NCBI RefSeq assembly: GCF_024521635.1
Contig: NW_026250413.1
Span: forward strand, 62,001-126,000
Length of the DNA: 64,000 nucleotides
DNA from: Tricharina praecox
Lineage: Eukaryota
Reading direction: 5' to 3'
Positions 36,406 through 48,068 of the stretch are shown here, in pieces. The notes beneath the pieces are model-generated. The model saw only the letters and a list, made by a program, of their open reading frames with translations, did no database searches and was not told the DNA's origin. Within the stretch, counting starts at the first letter, position 1. Every line of letters starts with the position of its first letter. Made by a program: the position numbers and the translations under genes.

Positions 36406-36814
36406 TACAGCGATAGAAATGAAATGAAATAGCCAGTCCTGTCCACACTGTTGCTGTGAGAAGTAGCGTAAGTGTGCCGCTGGACGTCGCCGTCACTTCA
36501 CGTCATGTCACTCCATCTACCGCCGGAGCGCGCACTTTATGGGCAGGCGGAATGGAGCGGAATTCATTCCAAGATCTAATGAGAGGTCAGAGGTGTGAGC
36601 CGGATCACACCTTTCCTTTGTGACTATGGCTCGGAACCCCCAAAACGCCCGGATTTTCACGCTCAAAGCTTCCCCCCCCCCCCCCCCCACATAATTTTAA
36701 TACTAAAGCTCAATTGTCCATACTTGTACGTATGCTGGGTCGGTAACCACCATGGTGAATCACAAGTCATGATTCGCTTAATTCAATTTCCCATTTCCTA
36801 TCTGTCTAATCTAA

Positions 36815-37400
36815 TCAGGAACCAGGCATCTTGTGCACCGGCTCCCACTCCTTCTCCACCTGTTTCTCCTGCTCCTCCTCATCTCCACCCACCCCAATAT
36901 TGACCGCAATGATCTTGACCGCCCTACTCTTCTTCAACGCACGAAACCGGTAGGACTTTTCCTGATTGGCGGCCTCGTATTTCCTCTCCAGATACATGCA
37001 GCGCTGGATCGCCCAGCGCAGCTGCTTCTGCCGCTACTTTAGCTCATACCGCAGCATCGCGTTCTCTGCCATCTCGATCCACTCGTCGATCGCGCTCTCG
37101 TCCACGAGGGACGAGAGCATGTGCTGTGACGGTACCGGCTCGGCCTCCGAATGACTGCAGGCGCTCGATGAGCGTGTCGAACATGGTGTCGTCGGCCTTG
37201 TCGGTGGTGGCGGTGGTGACGGTGGAGGTGGAGGTGGAGGTGGTGGTGGTGATCTTGATGATGGCGGCCTTTATAGTGGTGGCGGCGGCGGCAGTGTTCG
37301 CCTTCGGCTTCTTTAGCTGTGTCTTCTTGAGGATGCCTGCGGGCTGGGAAAGCTTGGGCGGCGAGGAGGGCGCCGTCTTAGTAGGTGGCTTGGGCGCCAT
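36815..37400 (-). pseudogene. Disrupted small gene (Lys/Thr-rich N-terminus, helical C-terminus)
   Basis: MAPKPPTK…FDTLIERLQSF continues after a +1 frameshift (~37148) as EAEPVPSQHMLSSLVDESAIDEWIEMAENAMLRYELK*(TAG 37036-37034)RQKQLRWAIQRCMYLERKY…PGS. aaccATG start context. Confidence 0.55.
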
Positions 37401-37606
37401 GGTTGTTGTTATCGTTGTTGGTGTTATTCCTCACGTGTGTGGAGACTTTCGTGAAGTGTTCGGTAGCTGGATGGTGGGAAGGAAAGAAAAGGAAGGGAAG
37501 GGAAGAAAAGGGAAGACGGAAGTTGTGGGTTGGTAGAGAAAAATGAGCTCTGAGGTCAGAGTGGATGGCGGCTGCTGGAGCCATTCAGTCTTGCGAGAGT
37601 GGGATA

Positions 37607-39755
37607 TTACTCCTCTTGCACATGCTTCCAATGCACCGCATCGCTCTCGTTCGGATTCGGCTTCCAACGCCTAGTCATGACCAGCTCGAACCTATCCTCG
37701 GAGGTGTTACTCTGCTGGATGGGGATGACCGTGGGTCTTACAAACGGCGTGACCAGTGGACGCATCGAATCGCGTCCTTCTTCGACACTTGGGGAGACAT
37801 CATACGGGGGAACGTCGCGGATCTCGGACCGAGTCTCCGACTTGGAGGTGCCGTCACAAGTCTCCGGCGGCGGGGAGGGCGAAGGAGAGCCGTCAGACTT
37901 CGGCGCGGACGTGGGCACGGATTCCGAGTAGCGTCGCGTGTACTTCTCCGAGACGTCTGAGACGTAGGGGTGTGTGGAGAGACGACCCTTCCAGCGGCGC
38001 TCACCCGAGACTTCTTCGTCCAGGAGACGGTAGAGTTGGATGGCGGAGAATAGGATGGTGCGCTGCACGTAGCGGCCGCGCCAGCTATCGTTGCGGATAC
38101 TGCCCCAGTACTCGGAAAAGAGGAAGGCTGCCCTGAACATAACGAAAGCCTAGATGAGGAGACATACGGCGGGGGTGATGATGAGGACGCGGACAGACAT
38201 CGTGGTGACCCCTGGGCTCGATCCGATGATGTCGCCGTATTCGTCAGGGACCTTACCGTCAGTGCTGTTGGCGGTGGCTACGTTCATGTAGCCGGCGCGC
38301 CGATCTTTAGTCACTATAGTTGAGCGGACTACATCGTGGGTGTACACTAGCTCCCCGACGACTAGGCGCTCCAGATCGGACACGAGACTGGCTCGCGAGA
38401 GATCGATAGGGAAATCGGTGACCAGAAAGCTCATAGAAGAGGCGAGGGCATGCGCCCCCAAGCTGTCCCCTATTTGATGTATGGCTGGCACTGCAATAGC
38501 CTCTGGGATGATGTGTTTCCACCAGAACGCTGAAAGCTTCGAGTTGGGCCCGCCGAAGAGCTTGTGAAGATCGAGAACGTTGTCCACCTTCTAGCCTTCG
38601 AACTCGTACGTGCCGATCTGTTCGCAGTAGACGACCGGTCTGCCTGGTGCCACACTGTATCTGATACGCTCTTGGTCCGGAAACGCTACGTCCCGGGCTA
38701 GGTACCACGGATCAATGAGATTCCGTGTTTCGCTTTCGCGGTTTGTGGTTTGCGGAATAAGCACAAAGGGTCGTATGCTCGAATTCGTCGGAGGGGCGTA
38801 AAATTGAGCAGTTGGAACTGTTGTCTCATTCTTAACAAAAAAAAAGCACTCCGGGTCTAGAGGTAAATCGTCCGGATCCCTGGGGAAGTATAATTCTTCG
38901 TCAACAGTCGAGCTGTTGGCGTCGTACCAATCGTATCTGGTGTTGCACGTGCGGGTGACCGTGTATCTCAACCCGGGGGCCCTCTGTAAGCCAAATTCGA
39001 GGCCGGTGACCTCATAGGTGTAGTTGAATCTGAGCCTAGGCTCGGGTCCGTCCGGATCGATTGGAGTGGAGTTCATTCGGTACTTGCCCGTCAAGGCGAG
39101 CTTCGCCTGCACTGGGTCAACCATGGCGCGAAATGCTTTGGGGCTTTGGAATTGCTGCACGTATTCGTAGAGATTGGACGCGTTTGTTTCTGGGTGGGCG
39201 AGAATATGATATCGGGGTTCACTCTGGCGATATTGCCGATCCGTAGATTTCCAGGAACGAGCACACCCCCCATGGCGTTGGCAAGGAGTAGACCAAGAGA
39301 GAGTAAGATGAGCCCGGCGCCCAGCCAGAAAATGCTCCATTCCATGCGGCCGCGACCACCACCGGTCACGGAGGTGCAGATCTTCCAACAGTAGGCCGTA
39401 GCCAGCAGAATAGTCGTGACCAGATCGTTTGTGTTGTGGTATCCGACCAGCATGGCGTATCGATTTCCGTTTCCACGGAGGGGGAAGAAGGTAACACTGT
39501 ATGCATGTTGGGGCACCAGCGAAGATGACAGCGGGGAGCGGATCCATACACCACATCTTTAACCAGGCGAGCGATCCCGGCGAAGATCAAAATCAGCAGC
39601 AACGTGTATGCGGCAATCCACTTGGCAGCCTCTGAGGATTCCACGGCGACGGCGCGGATAAGTTTCCCGTCTTTCGTGGGCATGTAGAACCATCTGGTGA
39701 CGCCGAGCACAAACTTGATGTTGGGCGGTATGTCGAATTCGTTGATGGTATTCAT
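37607..39755 (-). pseudogene. Inverted pseudogene paralog of the 28639-30933 membrane-protein gene
   Basis: Colinear homology over the full length (WIAAYTLLLILIF, FFPLRGNGNRYAMLVGY, NRESETRNLIDPWYLARDVAFPDQ, WGSIRNDSWRGRYVQRTILFSA). Same intron position (39549-39497). 1-nt deletion ~39183-39194, TAG at 38593-38591 (K in paralog), TAG at 38152-38150 (W in paralog). Confidence 0.93.
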
Positions 39756-40459
39756 CGCACTTGATGAGGTGACGGACTGCGCGTTCTGTGGCAGGAGGAG
39801 CTTTTATTTCCGCGTTCGGTCGAGAGGGTATATGCTTTCCGCTTCGGAGAGAGACTGAACTGGCGAGATGTGGTACGGGTTGTCAGGCTGGGGATGGGTA
39901 CCGGTACATAGCACTAACTGCGGCCGGTGTTGCGGTATAACTTATATATGCAGTTCACTCTAACGTAGCCCCGCACTCAGCCGCTCGACGTATGTACAGC
40001 TCGATCCTGTCTCACCCACTCTCGACCGGACAATCGGTTTTGTGCTCAGAATCAAACGCAGAACACCTAGGCACTCCGCAATATCAGCGCAGAAACTCTC
40101 CACCGTATCCTTGAGCTCACGCACGGAGTGCGGCCAATCAGGTCCGGAGCTCAGTATGGAGACGCTTTAACCCTCCGTGGCTTCGGGAACATCCAATGGT
40201 AACCTCCACAGCAGCGCCGAAATGTAAGACAATCATCAGGTCAGTCTCATGCAGCCGGTATCACGGCCCTATCAGATAGCATATCTCGAGGAAAACCTGC
40301 AGGCGAAAAACTGATCCGCCTCTCACCATGAGTAGTGATCCTCGCTATCACCAGACACTTCCTTCATAGTGAGGGGGTATGTCTCAGATCGATGAGGAAG
40401 ATGCAGCAAGTGAGGTGTCCGAGTGGGAGCTGAGGGAGCGGGAAGAGAGGGAGGTGCTG

Positions 40460-40750
40460 CGGCGGCTCGAGGAGGAGGAGGCTTCCGAGGGAGGCGACGG
40501 CGTGGTTTAGGGACTTGCGGAGGGGTACGGACGAGCCCAGGGAGCGGACGGTGTTTTTTCTTAGTGTTTTTTGTTTGGTGCGCTCTATCTTCATTTCTGA
40601 GATAGGCCGGGGCGGAGGGCGGGGAAAGCCACATCGGGCCGCTCGGTGAAAGTTGGGTTGGACAGTGGCATGGAAACGGGGGGAAGGGTGTACAGGTAGA
40701 CATTGCCATGATCTAGACAGGTCGCATGCAATCAATGATTAAACAAGAAA
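40460..40750 (-). mobile_element. Partial copy of the long-TIR MITE-like element
   Basis: 40624-40745 closely matches the TIR at 62234-62350. The adjacent interior resembles the reverse complement of ~62020-62125. Confidence 0.75.
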
Positions 40751-43000
40751 TATATCTCCGATCGTGTGTACTCGAAAACCCATCTAGCGGCGAAGAATAA
40801 ATGTCCAAAAGCCGTTCGATTTGGGGGCGATCTCGAGTTCGCCCCGTGGATATTCCAGTTATGTGCCCGTACGCATGCTGAGCAGAACTCGAAGAGGACT
40901 CTCCAGTGGGAATTCCAGCTCGCAATGGTGGGAATGGACTGTGGCTCCTGAGCGTGCAAAGTTCCGTCTTCATTTCTGGACGGCCGTGGTCGTGGCTGAT
41001 TGGTTTTTCGTTTTATTATGTTGTGGCATGGAGGACGCTTGTGCTAGGTACTTGATGCTGTCATGGCTTTAAACACACCCAATCCCACCCTCAGCCCCAC
41101 CCAACAATCGCCACCTAATATTCTGAGGTTCCCTGATTTCCCAAGTGGTGCCCCACAACCCCCGCTTGGCCGGGAAGTGATCCGCGTGGATTCTCTGCTG
41201 GGAATGTGGAGACCGTGGGAATATAGACAACATCCCGAACACCTGGAGCCATACTCTGCCGACCGACTTATTCGGATCATGCTTGCGTTGACGTCTGAGG
41301 ATTACTCAGGCACAGCGGGGTTTGGGCGGGACAGAACCCGATAACCAAGGAGGCCACGGGATACGTAGGGGCTGCAGGGCGTTCCGATTCCAGACGCTCC
41401 TTATTCTGCACCCCAAGTCCGGCCTCGGACCATCACTCAAAGCGGTGAATTCAAAGTTCATGCTGATGTTTGTCTTTGATCACGCTGAATATGCTATTGG
41501 CATGCTCCTCTATGTTGAGAATATGCTTATCGATGGCTTCACAAGAAATCGGACGACACCTGGGATTGTACTCCAGAGTAGATCTTTTCATCTGAATACT
41601 TTCGAGTTAACCGAGTACCAAGTGCACTCGTAGCAAAAAGACGCGAGGGGGCGTAGGTACCGTTCGAAGCGCCGCTTGTTTCCTCGGCGAAGGAGTCCAG
41701 CCTGGTGCATACGTCATCGCTCCGAGAATCGAACCAGCCGGTGTTGACTGTCACGTGTTTGGTTGATTGTACCTACATAGTTGGTCACTCGCTTGCTCAC
41801 TATGTGTCACGTGATTGATCTTTCTACTTGGCCGACGTGTGGCTTGCTCTCTCTCTTGTTCGTCCGTGCGTGCTCTCCTATTAGGTTACTGAGATATCAT
41901 GACATGCGCCTATGAAAGAACCCTATCCTCTCCACATAGCTGGATCCTCCCCTCATTACATCTCAGTCGAATATTGTCCTTCTTCATTCCCACCTATTCT
42001 TCAACCGCCGGCATCCTGGGCCCTGGCTCTGATAAACTCGACGTAGGTATTCCTTCCGTCCCCGGGATTCCACTATCCATATCTCATTACGCCTCCCAGG
42101 AGGACGCAACTCGCTCTTCGCCTTGCCCCGGTCGTATCGAGATCCCAGATCCGCTCCCGTGGTTTCCGTGTGCACAGCCGGCCACGTTGTGGAGCGCAAG
42201 CACGGCTCCCCTCAATGATGCGGGACTCGATCCCTTCCCTCTTCTGTTATACCTGTATGGTGCAGCCCCTCAGTATCGGGCTCCACTTTCATTCCGGGAC
42301 GATGTGGTGACGTGCAGTTGTCGTCTGTGGCATCCCCCCCCCCCCTCCGGCGATTCACAGAATCCCACTCGACTACTGGACGGATTCACGGGTATTCCGA
42401 CATGTTGCTGAGCGCCCTGCCGTAAGGTCATGTCGGCCTGCGTCCAGTCAGTGACGATGTACGGGCCAGAGGACTGGCGGAAAGAGGCGGACCAGGAGCA
42501 AGAGTGACGGTTGGAAGGGGTGATGACCTACAGAAGCTTATCAACCAGGAGGCCAAGGCGGTCACGGGTAAATTCAAGACCACCAACCAGGACACCTTCG
42601 TACTAGAGCCAGGACTGAGACCGGCAGCAGCACAACTCAACAACCGGGACAGACGCTTCGACCTCAGACTCAAACGCTCCAGTAGTTAGTCAGTTGAAAT
42701 GAGAACACTGGTTTAAACAGTTCAGTTCTGGTTGATTTTGTTCCCGGCTCAGTTGGGAACAGAGGCTGTCAGTTCCCAGTTGGTTTAAGTATGTCTGGCA
42801 TTTATTCCCGGGAAAACTGGCAGAACTGTCAGTTCAGCGGATGAACTGCCAGTTCAACCAGGGCAGCCAAAGTGGCCGAGATAGGTTTCCCATGGTCACG
42901 GAAAGAGCGATAGAAGATGTACATTACTAGATTTGAATTACTACTCTCATGCTCCCTACCCATGGGAGCACGGCGATTGAACCTCTTGATCGCGCAGAAT

Positions 43001-43141
43001 CAATTACGGTTGCTGACTAAACATGCACCCGAGTCAATCTGAGCTAATCAGGATTATTGACTTGGGAAGCGCCCGGGTCAATTACGTTTGTTGACTAAAC
43101 ATGTCCCGAAGTCAATCTGAGTCAATCACGATTATTGACTC
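43001..43141 (+). repeat. Two ~62-bp direct repeats (period ~78)
   Basis: caattacg(g/t)ttg(c/t)tgactaaacatg…gtcaatctgag..aatca.gattattgact at 43001 and 43079. Confidence 0.85.
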
Positions 43142-43994
43142 GTGATGGCACCCAGTGAACTACGGAGATCGATACTGTGGGCTTAGATACTCTTCAGAGC
43201 TTTAACACTATCGGTACCTAGGGAATGCCGATGATTAGTTAGAATCATCTTGCACTCGGAGAACAGCCGACATGGCTAGAATCGACAGAATTTCAATGGC
43301 CATTCGGTTGAGGTTAGGAAACCGTCGTTGCTAACGCGGTTCCAGCCACCATTCGAACATTCCTCTCACCGGGCAATGATTAATAGTCCTGGAGCTCGTC
43401 AACCGGGGCAGCGTGCTCTATATTTCCCAGCTAGTAGGTGGTGGGTTAATAGTCAGTTCGCCGGTGGGATGGTGGTGGCGGCCGGTTTCGCCCTCGATCT
43501 TAAGCTTCACTGAACTGTTGGGCCAAGCAGTTTTCCCAGTTCAAAACCTGCCAGTTGGTTCGGTTTGCCAGTTGGTTCAGTTCACTATCCCCCAACAGTT
43601 GGTTGGTCCGGGAACACCCCTGGTTTATTCCCAGTTCGAACTGTTGGAGGGTCTGCTCAGACTTCTCAGCCTCCCGAAAGGAGACCAGGCTAGAAGTACG
43701 CCACCCAGACAAGGAATAACATTGTTACCCTCCGCCGAAGGGAGCCCGAGATCACCATTCAAACCGGATGGTGCGCGGCACATAAACCTCAAAGGCGTCA
43801 CTGGGTTGAAGGAGAAGGCGGACGAATGTGCGACACCACCACCACTACCGCGTCAACTTGGATATTGATTTAAAGATTTAAAAGAACAATTGCAAAACTC
43901 AAGGAACTATTTTCAAGAAACGCCAACTTTGTATCTCCCCCTCATCCCCTCGGGTTTGCCCCCCAATTGGCCCCTCCCTCCTCCCCGACGCTTC

Positions 43995-45490
43995 CTAGTC
44001 CCAGTCCAGTTGTCTGTAAAGAGCCCACTGTATCAGATGCATGTCCCTCATCGCGTTCAGTGGTAGTTGCTCGGTGCTACATACCTGGTAACTATTTATG
44101 TGGCTACCGCCAGCAAAGGGGCGGAGCCGCGGTCCATCGATGATTATATCAGTACCAGCGCTCGGCGGGAAATGATTCCGCCCGATGGCACGATATGTGT
44201 GATGTCCGGCTACGCGCGCGGGGGGGGGGGGGGGGGGGGGGTGCATCATGAGATGCCGGCTCCAAACCCCACCTAAGAATATTTTCGCCTCCCTCATCCA
44301 CTCGGTTTACCGCCTATGTTGGCAACGGCCAGTTCAGTTCGCCGCAAGATGTTCATTCGTCAGGTTGTTGACGATGAATGCGGTAGAGTCAGCTTTGGTG
44401 GCTGGAGTGGTTGCTCCTGCATGGCCATAGCCATCCATCGCCGGGTCCACCAATGACAGCTGTTTGTCTGAATAGTGGTCCTCTTCCACGTCCTCTTCCC
44501 CATACGATTCTTCTTCAGCTGTAACGGATTCGGACTTCCAGTCCGGTCCCGTTGCCTGTAAAGAGCCCACTGTATTAGCTGCATGTCCCTCGTCGCGTTC
44601 GGTGGTAGCAGTTGGTGGCCTGCCTGGTAAATTTACCCATGGGAAGGTGTTCCCGCCCAGCACGGGATCCGCCGTCGAGATCTCGGCCTCCGCGGCTGCC
44701 TCACGCTGGGCATTCCCCTCCCTCCAGCCAACATTTCCCTTCTCAAGGGAAACCAGGGGCTCGTGGCTCCTTGGGTCTAAAAATACCTCGTCGACTTCAC
44801 TTGGTACCTGCCAATCTACTGACTGGTTGGGCTTCGTTATTCCCGTCTTCCGCAGGCACCGCCGGTGCCAGGGTGGGGATAGCCCGATCGGGCGAGAATC
44901 GCGAAAGTCAGCGTGTTGGGCCGGGCCGGGTAAGGGGTCCTTTGGACGCAATATCCTCTAGGACGTCGCACTTCTTCTACAGAAATGGAAGAATCGTGTG
45001 CCACTTCTCGAAGAAAAGGTTGAACAGCACTTTCGTCAACTCCCGAGTCCGGAGAAGGAAGCCGGCGCCCAGGGCCATCATCCGACAGCTCCGGCATCTC
45101 ATCCGTGCCCCCAGGCAAACCGAGCGTCACAGCGAGGACCTGATGGTTGGTTAGCCACATATAAAGCCGCGGCAGTGATACGGAGTGGCAACTTACGTCT
45201 CCGAAGGGATCTATATCGGATATAACTGCCCTCATGGGGCAGGCCAGTGGCCGCTGGGTGGATTGAAGGTAGACTCCTACCGAGGGGTTTGTCGGGCGTT
45301 GATATTGAGGTTGATGTATGTGATGGAGAGAGAGAGAGATAGGAGAGGGGAGGTGGGAAAGAGGAGCTATTTATGTGAGAGCGGGGGGGCTAGGTGCGGC
45401 CTAGTGCGGGCGGGGTTGAGCCCGCATTCCCGCGTCCCCGCAACCCCGCATTCCCGCACACGCTGAGGAACTAGGCACCTGTACACACCG
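43995..45490 (-). pseudogene. Degenerate minus-strand transcription-unit relic, copy A
   Basis: Its upstream block 45295-45490 is homologous to 47890-48068. It carries two copies of an intron-like module (44084-44014, 44623-44556) and fragmentary ORFs. Confidence 0.5.
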
Positions 45491-46734
45491 GGGTGGAAGG
45501 CAGGGCGACCACCGGCAACCATTGAGAACCTCCGCCTTTGGAACATCCATGATATCCAGGGATGCCTTATTGCCCATCGCTGCAGTCGGGACTAGGTATC
45601 TCCTAGGTTGTATTATATAAGTAATGCCGACCACAGCGGCCCGGCCCAGAATCTTCGCCGTCAAAGTTCAAACTCCTCAGCCTCAAAGCCCCCCGAAAGG
45701 AAACCGGGCGAGGCTGGCAGCGCGATCGGCAAACGCACGGTGAACCGTGACCTTCCTGCGCTGATCGGGCTGGTCAGAGGTGACGGCGGTAATACTCGTA
45801 GATAAAGCGGAAGCACCAGAATGCACGGTCTCCCCATGGACGAAGAGCAAAAAACCAAGACTCGCGCAGAAGCTGAAGGTCCCCCTCGCTAGCCCCCTTA
45901 GAACTACGGTTTTGCGGATGGTTCTTTTGCCAACGCCCTCCAGGCCGGAGGCGGGATCGAGGGAGAGCACACACAGAAGGAACAGAAGATATGGAGGTTG
46001 ATCGTCTATTCCGTAGATGATAAGAGACAAAGAAGAAGAAGAAGAAGGAGCAGACGACTAAGGAGCAGATAACACCGCTGGACGCGCCAACGTTGATGCT
46101 GCCTAATAAGCCATTCGCTTCCTCCCTTCGACAAGTCCTCCTCTCGCTAATAGGTCCTCTATTGCCCCGTAGGGCCGCCAAAACGGTATTGATGTTCACC
46201 GGTGGATTTCGGATGGATTCTGGTGAGATGGGATATGCGGTCCCGTGGCAAAACTGCTCAAAGTCCGCATAGGCTAACTATGTCGGTAGTGACTACCAAG
46301 AGGCCTGCATGATGTGGAGTGCGCGGTCACCGCACGGGCACGTGCACCAGAAGCGGCCACCAGCAGAAGGCACACTCTCTTAGCAGGGTCACCATCTACA
46401 AACCAGAATCATGAACGAGTGCGGTAGATACGGTAGAGTACCTACCTGATCATAGAGGTAGAAACTTTATGGTATACCTATACATGCAGAACCGGAACCA
46501 AAGAAATGCGGTACCATTGTTTTGTTTGTTCCATCATCATTGCATTCGATCTTAGTAGATTATGGCAGATTACATGAGTATATATCCGCCAACTTGGAGA
46601 CTGATCTAAAAGAATAAACACAGAACTGAAGGAACTCTCTTTCCACCGAACACCAACTCTTTTGGTCCCCCCCCCTCACACCCTTGATTTACCCTTGCCA
46701 CCCTTGCCGCCCCGAAGCTTCCTCGTTCTGCTGT

Positions 46735-48068
46735 CTGAATGGAGCCCAATGTATTAGATGCATATCCCTCGTCGCGTTTGGTGGTAGTTGGTCGGTGCTA
46801 CATACCTGGTAACCAGTCACCGCATCATGTAGAAGCCGGCGGAATTCTGAAGATCTTCCTCTTCAATTTCATGCTCGTCTCTGCGGTGGGTTCCGTGACC
46901 ACTTCTTCAGCATCCATGACGCTGACAATGCATTGGATAATGCGATTGATGTTCTCTTGATCCAACCGCGAATCGTCGACATCGATCGCCTCGTCGCTTC
47001 CCATGACGTCGTTCCCCACTAGCAGATAGTTCCTCATGCGCTCTGTATCCCCCACGCAAAGGGCAAAGAAACCGTCCTCCGTAGATAATGACATCGGTGC
47101 CGGCGCTCGGGGGGAACTAATTCTGCCCGATGGCACGATGTGTGCCATGCCCTAGTTGACGGGCGGGGAGGGGAGGAGAAGGCATCAATAGATGGATGCT
47201 ATTTCCTTCGTGACATTCTGAACAAAACGTCAGCTCCCTTCTTTTATCGTGTGGGAAACAAATCATCAGGGAGTATGACTTTTCTTGCCTTCCATGGCAT
47301 TCAACCAGATAGTAACGAGAATTGGCTCGGGTTAGAGCCGTACTCGTAAACAAATCTGGAAGCAAGGTAGGCAACTCCCAAAGATTGGTTTGTCTTCGGA
47401 GTACCTAGCGAACAAAGTTACAAACGGCGTTCGCTTCCATCGACGATCCTCCAGAGGCCCTGCCTTGAGATAGGTAGTTGTCTGGAACCCTCTCAAGGAT
47501 GGTGTCAAGGCCGATGATCGATCTGCCATGCTCAAAGCCCAATGTACCTATTAGATGCATATCCCTCATCGCGATCGGTGGTCGTCGGTGCGGTGCTACA
47601 TACCAGGTAACGGCCAGCAAAGGGTGGAGCGGCGGTTAGCCACCACCGCCATAGCCGCCACCGCCACCACCGGCACCCTACTACTCGGGGGGAAATAATT
47701 CCGCCCCGAAAGGTGCAACATTGGTGATGTTCTTGACCGCCGCGGCCGCGGTGGCGGCGTATGCCCGCATATATAGGGCGTGTTTGTTTGCGGCTGGGGT
47801 GGGGCCCATCAAGGGGTTTGTGGGGTTTTCGTTTCGAGGAGAGTAGATATGGACGTGGGAAGCCGAAGATTTGAAAGCGGGGTTTATCGAGTGTTGATAT
47901 TGAGGATGTGTGTGATGAGAATAGAGAGAGAGAAGAGAAGAGGAGAGGAGAGGGGGGAGAGGAGCAATTTATAAGAAAGCAGGGCGGCCTAGTGCGGTGT
48001 GGTGCGGGCAGTATTGAGACCGCATCCCCACATCCCCGCACACACCGAGGAACTAGGCACCAGTACAC
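46735..48068 (-). pseudogene. Degenerate minus-strand transcription-unit relic, copy B
   Basis: Same upstream block (TATA-like ataaat, CT-rich leader, gaggaactaggcacc.gtacac end) and two more intron-like modules (46805-46735, 47603-~47531). Confidence 0.5.

Noticed and set aside
38150..38593. TAG stops in the membrane-protein paralog as A-to-I-correctable codons
   Set aside because: One replaces Lys rather than Trp, and an upstream frameshift cannot be repaired by editing.
41063..41633. Two adjacent ORF fragments that may be a frameshifted gene
   Set aside because: Protein-like in places but with no identifiable family or internal homolog to confirm it.
45510..46200. Minus-strand ORF fragments with a hydrophobic stretch
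   Set aside because: The hydrophobic run comes from a (TTC)n repeat, and there is no coherent gene model.
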